A program made the position numbers and the translations under genes. This document shows, piece by piece, positions 55,169 to 64,000 of a stretch of DNA of 64,000 nt (its first letter is position 1; the number at the start of each line of letters is the position of its first letter). This DNA is from the human T2T-CHM13v2.0 reference genome, Homo sapiens: the NCBI RefSeq assembly GCF_009914755.1, contig NC_060930.1. One strand, written 5' to 3'. The notes under the pieces were generated by a model. It saw nothing but the letters and a program-made list of their open reading frames with translations, was not told the origin of the DNA and did no database searches.

Positions 55169-56019
55169 AATAGAGAAGGAAGCTCTAGCATAACAAAACT
55201 AATGGAAGAGGGATGGGATGGGAGCTTCTGCCTTCAACAGCTTTGAGGCTTGCAGGGATTCATGGTCACCTTTCATGGAATCATGAAATGTGTTGCTGAT
55301 GGCAGAAGGTATAGTCCTCCTAGAATCCATTTTTCTGTTTGAGCTTCTAATATATCACATCAGTTGAGTGAATAAGTGGAGTTGAAGGATCTCTACTGCG
55401 ACACATTAGATTCCATGGGAAGGAAATTAGAATGACCATGTTGAACACTAATTTTTGTGCCAGAAGCCTTGCAAAAGAGAGGAAACCTGGCAATGAGCCT
55501 CAGGATCTGATATTTATTTTGTTCAACGGAGATTAGTCAGGTATACTGAGTCTGGATGAATAAAAATCAAAATCAGAGAAGTTGAGAAACAGAAGGCAGA
55601 TCCACAGGAACCAGAGGTTGGGGAAGGTGGAGGCCATGATACCAGAGAAACCAGAAGCAGCACACTTACAGTTTTAGTGATGTGTGTCCTCAGATGTCCC
55701 TTGAGTTCTCTAATACAGAATCACACTTCACCATTCCTAAACCCACAGTTCCTATTTCTATGAGACCATCTTCAGAACAAACTCTAAAATAGATTGCCCT
55801 AAAAACTAAGGGGATTATATACAGATTTTTGAGTGCTCTTGAAATCTGGGGTATTTTATACATAATTTTGAGCCTGGGAGTATGTCCCTGTTTCTGGATC
55901 TTGATTTATTAGAATACCCAGATTTTCCATGAACCAAAACAAATAAATGAAAACCATGGGAACCATCCCTTGATTGGAAAAGGGACAAGAGTCATTGTAA
56001 TTGCGTATATATTTCTGTC

Positions 56020-56240
56020 AGTAATAATAACTCACAATTAATTTGACCACAACTATGCGCCAATTGCCAGGTAATTTACATACATTATCTTGCCTAAGTC
56101 TCAGAAAAAAACTATGAGTTATAATTATTTCCATGTTGCAATTTGAAGAACTAAGGTCAAGAGAAGTTAATCTCCTTCCTAGACGACGCTTAGTAAGAGC
56201 TACAGCCAGAATTAGCATCAGGTCTCTAAGAGTCCCAAGC
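56020..56240 (-). mobile_element. MIR
   Basis: tttacatacattatct...ttatttccatgttgcaatttgaagaactaaggtcaagagaagttaa. Confidence 0.6.
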
Positions 56241-56889
56241 TTAAGACGTTTAAAAAACATCAAGCTGTTCTTTGGGACTTCGTATTTTATTGCAAATCTA
56301 CTTAAATACAAGAAAACACTACACTCCCTTAATATTATAAAAGTTTTATTTTTAGTGATTCCAGTAAATTGGAGGAAATTGTCTATTTGCCCAGCAGCTA
56401 CAAATAAAACAAAGGTATTTCAGCACCCAGTTTTTTTAAAAAATTGACCTGCTTTCATCATTATAAATTTTCCAGCTTCCTCATCGGAAATGTCCATATA
56501 GTCCTTTGCTACCACAATTTTTCTGTTACAGAAATTCTATTGATATAACTACTGGAGATTTTTTACTAATATACCAATTGATTCATTGATGTTGACAAAT
56601 TGCCAACATCAATGAAGCCCTGAGCCTTCTTTTGCCTGGGAAGTATTCTGCAACTGTGTTCAAATAAATTCAAATAAAATACTCCTACTGCATCATTATG
56701 GAGTTTTATTTACAGAGAACTGCCTCAAAATTATAATATTATAAAAATAATTGATATTTTGAAAATAAAATCAATGAGATGGTAGATGTAAGGAAAGAGA
56801 AATAAGAGTATGTACAACCAATTCTAATTCCCAAATAAAAGCAAAACTAAATCGTGGGATCATTAGACCCATGATCATATTCTTTAATT

Positions 56890-57685
56890 GCTAAACTGTA
56901 AGTTTTAAAACAAGTTTTGGTTCACAGCAAAATTGAGTGGAAGATACAGAGAATTCCCATGTATCTCCTGTTCCTACAATCACACCACCTCCCCTACTAG
57001 CAACACCCCTCACCCAAAATGGTACATCTTTTACAATCAATGAACCTACATTGACACATCATTATCACCCAAAACCATAGTTTACATTAGAGTCCACCCT
57101 TGTTGTTGGACATTGTATGGGTTTTAACAAATGTGTAATGACATGTATCCATCATGGCAGTGTTGTACAGAGTAGTTCCAGTGTAAACACTGCCATGGTG
57201 GATACATGTCATTATTCTCCGTACTCTATTTATCCCACCCTCCGCCAACCTCTGGTAACCAGAGGTTGTATATTAATCCTTGTAATATACAGTTTTGTCT
57301 TTTCCAAAATGTAATACAGTCAAAATAATATTGTATGCAGCCTTTTAAGCTTGGCTTCTTTCACTTAGTAATATGCATTTAAGTTTCCTCCATGTCATTT
57401 CATGGCTTGATTGTTCATTTCTTTATATTGCTGAATAATCTATTCCATTGTCTAGATGTGCTACAGTTTATTCACTCACCTACTGAAGGACATCTTGGTT
57501 GCTTCCAAATTTGGCAATTATGAATAGCACTTCTGCAAACATCTTTTTGCAGGTTTTTGTGTGGATATGAGTTTTTTATTCATTTGAGTAAAAACCAAAA
57601 AGTACAATCACTAGATCATACAGTCAAAGAATGTTTATTTTTATAAGAAACTGCTGAACTGTCTTCAAAGTGACTCTACTACCCA
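56890..57685 (-). mobile_element. L1MC1-like 3' end
   Basis: ggttcacagcaaaattgagtggaagatacagagaattccc...caatcaatgaacctacattgacacatcattatcacccaaa...cacctactgaaggacatcttggttgcttcca. Confidence 0.88.
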
Positions 57686-58558
57686 CGATCATATTTTCGG
57701 AGATAAAAAGATCTCTATGTTAATTATTTTCTCATTTTTAAGATAACCAAAAAACCCATAAGTCTTTTCATAAAAAAACTGTGAGTTTAAAATGTATGAA
57801 TACTCTCCTTCACTGGAGATCAATTGGATCAGAATCTCCGAAGGGTGATGTTCAGGTACCGATACATATTTTAGGAGTGCCTTGATTATATTACATAGCT
57901 GGGATTGAGAATTGTTGATGTAGGTTATCTGGGCAGCCACCCAACACCATACACCACCACCTGAATGCAGTGCTGCCATTGCATTTATATTTATACTCAT
58001 ATTTGTAACAAATAATCTAGTAACACAATGATATTTAACTTTTCATGTTTCAGTAAGTATAACTGGCTATCATTAAGCTGCTCTGTTCTATTATCAGAAC
58101 GACAGATTTACAAAGGCAGCCTTTTATTCATGTTGAGTTATTTTTCCAGTTGTAAAATCACCTCCCACCCTTTTATTGTGCTAGTCATTCAAAACTAGAA
58201 AATATTTTTGGAGGAATAACACTGGAGTTTAACAAATGACTTTTTAAAAATTAGACTTGCAATAGCAAAAACAACATAAAGTAAATATTATGCATTTTAA
58301 ATGTTTCTGGCAACTAAGAAAGGAACAGAGACAGACATGAAATGAAAACGACGAAATTGTGGCAAGTGAAGTTCCAATGACCTTGGAAAATGTTACCAGT
58401 AATACTTCACAATATATACAAGTGATGGAAAAACTGAATCATGGAATATTATGCGGTTCTATACACATCTGCACCTCAAAAGATGTTAGAAGTTAGTACT
58501 ATTTCAACTTGAATGCATACCATCTATGTGCTAACTTGTAATGATCTATTACTAGAAA

Positions 58559-59284
58559 TGTTATAATAGGTAGTCAGGCAGGGATGAGCAGGGCAGGACA
58601 GCTCCTCAACCCCTCCACCAGGAATGTCAGACGGCTATCATGCAACTGTCAGGCGGTTGTTAAACTGTCCCTCTAAAACAATAATTGGTCACAGCTGGTG
58701 CTGTGGAAGGGCAGGCTCCCAATAGATAGAAAACACCTGAAGCTGGTGATTAGCCAGCTAATCTATCTGAGATCCAGATAAGATCTCAGGAGTTGGGTGA
58801 GTGGGCTCATGCATGTGCACTAAGAAGTAAACGAGGTTTAACCGGTATATGACCTTACAGGAACACTCAACTAATAAGGGAAGAATATCTCAAGTGAGCA
58901 TGCTTACAACTTCAGTAAACATGCTGTGCATGCAGCCCCAGCCCCTCCCAAGTGCTGGCAGGCCACAGTGCATAAGGACAGCCCACCCCAAGGGAAGAAT
59001 CAGGGGAGAAGGGACGCAAGAGCCAGGACGGATGTCAACATATGAAACCATAAGTCAAAGGTCAAACTGTGTACTTGATCTCTCCAGTCGCCCACTTGGC
59101 CCTCTTCCAAGTGAACTTTGCTTTCTTTCATTCCTGTCCTAAAACTTTGTAATAAACTTTAACTCCTGCTCTCAAACTTGCCTCGGTCTCTCACTCTGCC
59201 TTACACTCCTTAGTCAAATCCTTTCTTCTGAGGAGGCAAGAACTGAGGTTGCCGCAAACCCACAGGGATTTGCTACTGCTAACA
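58559..59284 (+). mobile_element. MER50 ERV1 LTR followed by a PBS-like sequence
   Basis: tgttataataggtagtcaggcag...ccaccaggaatgtcag...gataagatctcaggagttggg...ttcttctgaggaggcaagaactgaggttgc...gctaaca; then tggtgccatgtgactcggat (59290-59309). Confidence 0.9.
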
Positions 59285-59329
59285 TACTTTGGTGCCATGT
59301 GACTCGGATACGTTCTGCTGCTACATGCG

Positions 59330-60160
59330 AGAGTATACAATGAAAACACAACAGGAACATTAGAGTAGGTGTCCCGGAGACACTGGGACTCCTATAACAG
59401 ACAGCTTTAGCTGAATGACACCCCAGCGGCCTTGTTGAATCTTCTGTAGGCAGCCCAGCAGTCTAAGACCCTCCAGTCAACCTTCTTTCCTTCCTTCATA
59501 AGTGATCGTGTCAGAACCATAGCAAACTCCATCTTGAGTGAGGGCTAGGAAAATGATGCTAGGACTTGCTGGGCTGGATTCCCAGAAAGTCAGGTACATT
59601 CGTAACTTCTAGATTTTTAAAGTTAAGGGAACAGATTGATAACATTTACTAAACAAACGCAGACTTAGGAGTGTCCTGATATCCCGATATCTTGAGAACA
59701 GAAGCATTCCTAATTTTGCTTTAAAGATAATAATATAGATTCTTGCAAAATATAGTAATTAAGAAAATGAATCCTTTATCACAAACCTTTTTGGCAGAGT
59801 ACATCCCCCCCATGATCTTATTTTATCCTACATATAAACAAGCATTGTACCTAGGGTGGGCGTGTTCCTCCCCTTGCTCTAGGGAACACCCTACTCGGTC
59901 TATGGAGTAGCTATTGTTTCACCCCTTTACTTTCTTAAGAAACTTGCTTTTGTTTTGCCCTGTGGACTCGCCTTAAATTCTTTCTAATGTGAGATCCAAG
60001 AACCTTCTCTTAGAGACTAGATCAGGACCCCTTGCCGGTAATAGTCAGACTTCTGTCAGGCTCCCTGGTTCCCTCCCATTTTTTCTCACAGGCATTTCTC
60101 TTAATAAAATTCTTGCATGTTCACGTGGGCAGCTATTTCACAGCAGATCCAGACTGGAAC
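59330..60160 (+). mobile_element. LTR16-like ERVL LTR split by MER41
   Basis: gcagtctaagaccctcc...ccttccttcata before, and ctcacaggcatttctcttaataaaattcttgca...cagactggaaca after, the MER41. Confidence 0.55.
59509..60043 (+). mobile_element. MER41 (C/D-like) ERV1 solo LTR
   Basis: tgtcag...actccatcttgagtgagggctaggaaaatg...gttaagggaacagattgataac...ctatggagtagc...gagatccaagaacc...cccttgccggtaata. Confidence 0.9.
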
Positions 60161-60250
60161 ATAAACCAATAAAAAAAATTGTAATTTGGTGATTGAAACA
60201 AGATTGTTTTCTTCAGCAAACATGATTTATCATATTAAATTGGTGATAAT

Positions 60251-60256
60251 TTTAAT
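60251..60256 (-). terminator. Candidate polyadenylation signal ATTAAA for the minus-strand gene
   Basis: tttaat on + strand, about 440 nt downstream of the putative stop codon, with U/GU-rich sequence beyond on the minus strand. Confidence 0.35.
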
Positions 60257-60692
60257 ATCCAGTAGCTACTTTTGTTTATAGGTAACTTTAAAAAAAACTA
60301 TCTTATATTACTACTAGGACTACTGAAAGCTTTTGTTTTTCCTTTTAAACTGGTGTGTATGTCATTTAAATTAGAGAAATGCTGTCCTAACTAAGCATTC
60401 ATTTGCTACAATTCTCTGCAGCTGAGGCGGAGAGTGAGCGTCATTTCTGTGAGGTTGCTTTTATCAAAAAAACTCCAATTAAATTGTTTTTCAGTTCAGC
60501 TACTTGTTAATTGCAGATCAAGTTGCATAGGCTATGTCCAAGCGTGGTTCACCATTGTGAAAATCCACCCTCACTATGAAACAAAACCACCACCGTCCGC
60601 TAACATGTGTTTTACCAAATGCATCAGCTCCACCCAGTCTGGCTCATTCACTACAACCCAATTTTTAAACACTGCTCAGAATGTTGTTTCAA

Positions 60693-60737
60693 CTATTTGT
60701 GCCCATTCTGGCTGCCTTCTCCAACAACTGGGAAAGC
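60693..60737 (-). CDS. Putative terminal coding exon of an unidentified gene (AFPVVGEGSQNGHK*); 3' UTR extends toward about 60235
   Basis: Minus-strand acceptor tttacttgtttattggcctctag|GCT; phase 0 matches the end of both 62-nt exons; TAG at 60693-60695; repeats the NGH motif of those exons; non-repetitive sequence. Confidence 0.5.
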   Translation of the reverse strand, partial: AFPVVGEGSQNGHK

Positions 60738-61389
60738 CTAGAGGCCAATAAACAAGTAAACTTGGATAGCCGCAAACCACAGTGCCCCAAGTCTAAACTA
60801 CTGTGTTGCTTACTTAGCATACCTCATACTGGGGCACAGCCAGCACTAGTCTTAGCTGGAGGCCCTAGATGAAGCCCATAGGATGTGGCATTGTGTGACT
60901 TAACATATGTAAAAAGCTCTTTCTTCCAGTGTGAAGATTCTGCAGTGAATATAAAGCAATGTTCCTTTGGTTGCTCCACAGGGCTATTACCACTGCTACC
61001 ATATTTAAACATTCTTTGGGACCTTTGAGATCTAACCCTCTCATCCTTTTCTAGGACAACTGTGGGGAGAAGAGAATGGGTAAGGAAGAAACACACAGAT
61101 TCTTGGCACAGCTCTCCTGGTTACTGACTTTTAAAGTGAAGCTTTCAACTAATAAGTGAACAGAAAAAAAATGCAGACTCAGTTTTAGTCTTCTTGATCA
61201 CTGAATAACTCTGAACAGAGTAGAATGTGCCACTAAGAGTTTAGACTCTGCTGACCTTGACACTCTGTAGACTCTCCGGAGGAGCAAGAGGGAAACATCT
61301 AGAATAACCACAGTGCAGTATCTCAACCAGAAGACTGGGGCTGGCACAACCCACCTCCCCGGACAATACAAAAAGAACTTATGGGGTAG

Positions 61390-62117
61390 TGTAACTGCCC
61401 AATGGGTTCTTTTTGCCCATTGCCTAGACAAAGCCAATTTATCAAGACAGGAGAATTGCAATAGAGAAAGAGTAATTCATGTGGAGCCAGATATATGGGA
61501 GACCAGAGGCTTATTAAATATTAGACTCAAATTATTCTCCCTGAAAATTTGGGGATTCTAGTTTTTAAGGATAATTTGGTGGACAGAAGGCCAGAGAGTT
61601 GGGAGTGCTGGTTGGTCAGGTCAGACATGAAATCACAGGGAGTCGAAGTTGCACTCTTGACCTGAGTCAGTTCCTGGGTGGAGGCCATGAGAACAGATGA
61701 GCCAGTTTATCGATTTGGGTAGTGTCAGCTGATCCATCAAGTCCAGGGCCTGCAAAATATCTCAAGCACTGATCTTAGGTTTTACAATAGTGATGTTATC
61801 CCCAGGAGCAATTTGGGGAGGTTTAGAATCTCGCAGCCTCCAGCTGCATGACTCCTAAACCATAATTTCTAATCTTGTGGCTAATTTGTTTGTACTGAAA
61901 AGGCAGTCTAGTCCCCAGACAGGAAGGAGTTTTTTGGGGGAAAGGGCTGTTATTGTCTTTGTTTCCAAGTTAAAGTATAAACTACTTTCCTCCCAAAGTT
62001 AGTTTGGCCTACACCCAGGAATGAACAAGGACAGTTTGGAGGTTAGAAGCAAGATCGAGTCAGATTGTTCTCACTTTAATAATTGTCTCAGTTACAATTT
62101 TTGCAAAAGTAGTTGCA
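61390..62117 (-). mobile_element. LTR8A-like ERV1 solo LTR
   Basis: tgtaactgcccaatgggttc...gcaaaatatctcaagcactgatcttaggttttacaatagtgatgttatccccaggagcaatttgggg...ttgcaaaagtagttgca; near-TSD gtag/ttag. Confidence 0.92.
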
Positions 62118-62194
62118 TTAGTACCCAAGTATCAGTCAACCCAGGTGACTCCACTTCTCAGTCAAGTCTAGGAACTGTTAGTCTAGGTTTAAGA

Positions 62195-62531
62195 CATTAA
62201 TTCTCACAATTGCTCATTCATCAAAATTATCTGAACACTTACTAATAAAATGATGGCTGGGCCTCACCCCCAGTTTTTTATTTAGTAGCCCTTTGTGAAG
62301 AATTTGCATTTTTAACGAGAGCATACCAATATAAGGTGCTCTAAAAGCCCAAATTCTCCTCTTACCTTCTGTTCCCTGTGCCCGTTTGGAAAGATTTCAA
62401 TGCTTTCCACTGTTGTAATGGTTAACTCTGAAAGGGAAGTGGGTGGGGCCTGAAATGCCTTAGTGCAGAGTGAGTGTTGGTACAGGATATGTTGATGCTG
62501 CCAGTTAGGGATTACACTTTGAGAACCAACA
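62195..62531. mobile_element. MER5A hAT MITE split in two (about 62195-62319 and 62483-62531) by the duplicated exon segment
   Basis: Left: ttctcacaattg...gctgggcctcacccccag...agaatttgcatttttaacgag; right: caggatatgttgatgctgcc...acactttgagaacca. These are contiguous in the recalled MER5A consensus. Confidence 0.7.
62366..62427 (-). CDS. Putative 62-nt exon, copy A (ELTITTVESIEIFPNGHREQK)
   Basis: cccacttccctttcag|AG...AAG|gtaaga; phase 1 to 0, open frame; paralog of 63390-63451. Confidence 0.5.
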
Positions 62532-62994
62532 GTCCAGGGAATTCTAGGTTTTCTAGAAGGCCCATCTAGTAAACTTCTGCTCACTTTATATTGGCAACAA
62601 CTATGCTACCTGGACGTGTCTATCCATAATGGAACTAGGATATTAAATATTTTCTTTGAGCACATTGTGCACATTCTGCCCCAAACAAAATCAGATTATC
62701 TTGAATAAGGAAGAAGGAGAGAACAGAGATCTGGAAGATGAGTACTTCCTAACATGTTTAATGTCATGCAAATCTAAAAATGATCTGATTTTTGTGGCAT
62801 GCTGAAGGAAACAGGATTTTAGTGCCTTTGTGGCAGGCAGTATCCACTGGCCCCAGTGCTCCAGCCAACCTGAGTTCTGTCCATTCACCCAGAGGGCTGA
62901 GGGCATCCAAGCTCTGCCTGGTCAGATGGTGAAGCTCTGGATGGGCAATTGGTAGTGTCTGCTGGAGACATGTGCTAAGCTGAGCTCCTATTAC

Positions 62995-63019
62995 CTAATT
63001 TGTTTGACTATTCCATTCT
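62995..63019 (-). other. Candidate 25-nt micro-exon
   Basis: gctttatctttcctttag|AGAATGGAATAGTCAAACAAATTAG|gtaata; strong pyrimidine tract, moderate donor. Confidence 0.35.
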
Positions 63020-63389
63020 CTAAAGGAAAGATAAAGCTCTGATCAGCAACTCTACCAAACACCAACTTACATAGCAGTAGGTATGATGGAGAGTTAACTC
63101 CTAATGGCCTCTGCCCACAGCTGACTTCATCCAGAGGGGCACCAGTGGATTGTCTAGACCAGTAGGAGTAGAGGAGATATGTTAGCACTTTAATTTCATC
63201 CAGCTTCAATTTTTCTTTCTCAAACACCATTTTCTACAGATTTTTTTTTCCTCTGCAGAGATCTCACAAAATTCCTGGCTCACACCATGTGGCTTTAGCA
63301 TTTTAGAATCATTGCTAGCAGATTAACTGAGTGACAGAGTGAACACATACCAATATAAAGGGCTCTAATACACCTAATTCTCCTCTTAC

Positions 63390-63451
63390 CTTCTGCACAC
63401 TGTGCCCATTTGGAATGATTGCAATGCTTCCCACTTTTGTAATGGTTGAAT
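63390..63451 (-). CDS. Putative 62-nt exon, copy B (DSTITKVGSIAIIPNGHSVQK)
   Basis: cccacttccctttcag|AT...AAG|gtaaga; phase 1 to 0, in frame with the upstream partial exon and the terminal exon. Confidence 0.58.
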
Positions 63452-63978
63452 CTGAAAGGGAAGTGGGCTCTGAAATGCCTTAGTACAGAGCAATATTAAA
63501 AGATTTGAAAGCTTTTCCCTTGAAGCCACAGAATGTCCCGAAAGCTTCTGATTGCTTGACTCTAGTCTATCCCACACAGATTTGACCAAGTCCCTATTCT
63601 ATCAGCCACATATGCACTGAAAAATATCTATCCTTAATCATTAAGACATTCCCACTGCTTCAAACGACCCTATGGCTCCTATAAAAGCTAAAATTATTTT
63701 CACTTGACAACATTCGGGCCTATGATTTCTTTCACTAAAAGAATAAGGTCCATCAGTAAAAATTACGTAAAAGTAATGGTGCATCCAAAATGTGTCCTAT
63801 TGTATATAAATAAAATGTAAGGACTTCCAATATATATTGGTCTCCTTTGTTTGGGGAAAAAAAAAGAGAGGGATGGCTGTTGCTACACAGTCTTGATGAC
63901 ATTATTGCTGCTGCTCTCGGGGTGACCGTAGAAGACCTATTGCTGGAATGACGGACAGTGAGGGAGCCACACACTCAC

Positions 63979-64000
63979 CACCCCTTGGCCTGAGGCTATA
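63979..64000 (-). CDS. 3' part of a putative upstream exon running off the window (YSLRPRG + G)
   Basis: Minus strand TATAGCCTCAGGCCAAGGGGTG|gtgagt; consensus donor at 63973-63978; phase 1 end fits the next exon. A second frame (IASGQGV) is also open, so the frame is not proven. Confidence 0.5.

Noticed and set aside
63753-63974. 73-aa minus-strand ORF next to the upstream exon
   Set aside because: Starts inside the donor site and runs through presumed intron; no support as an independent CDS.

Overview
Primate (very probably human) genomic DNA. It is AT-rich and dominated by interspersed repeats: Alu, L1, L2, MIR, two near-full-length Tigger1 copies, MaLR and ERV1 LTRs. Repeat subfamily calls come from recalled consensus sequences, not a RepeatMasker run, and boundaries of old elements are approximate. 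Nearly all ORFs in the supplied track are repeat remnants or noise. The one credible gene signal is at the right end, on the minus strand, and looks like the 3' end of a spliced gene I cannot name: a partial exon (63979-64000), a 62-nt exon (63390-63451), a 25-nt candidate micro-exon (62995-63019), a second 62-nt exon (62366-62427) and a terminal exon (from 60737, stop at 60693). The second 62-nt exon is a roughly 85% identical local copy of the first, keeps both splice sites, and sits inside a split MER5A DNA transposon. This is the most interesting structure in the window: either a pair of mutually exclusive exons, or a frame-compatible exon chain broken by one in-frame TAG. Other notable items are three long inverted duplications (hairpins), three stacked retrotranspositions at one endonuclease site, a deeply nested MaLR provirus, a full-length THE1D, and a cluster of ERV1 LTRs around the putative gene end.
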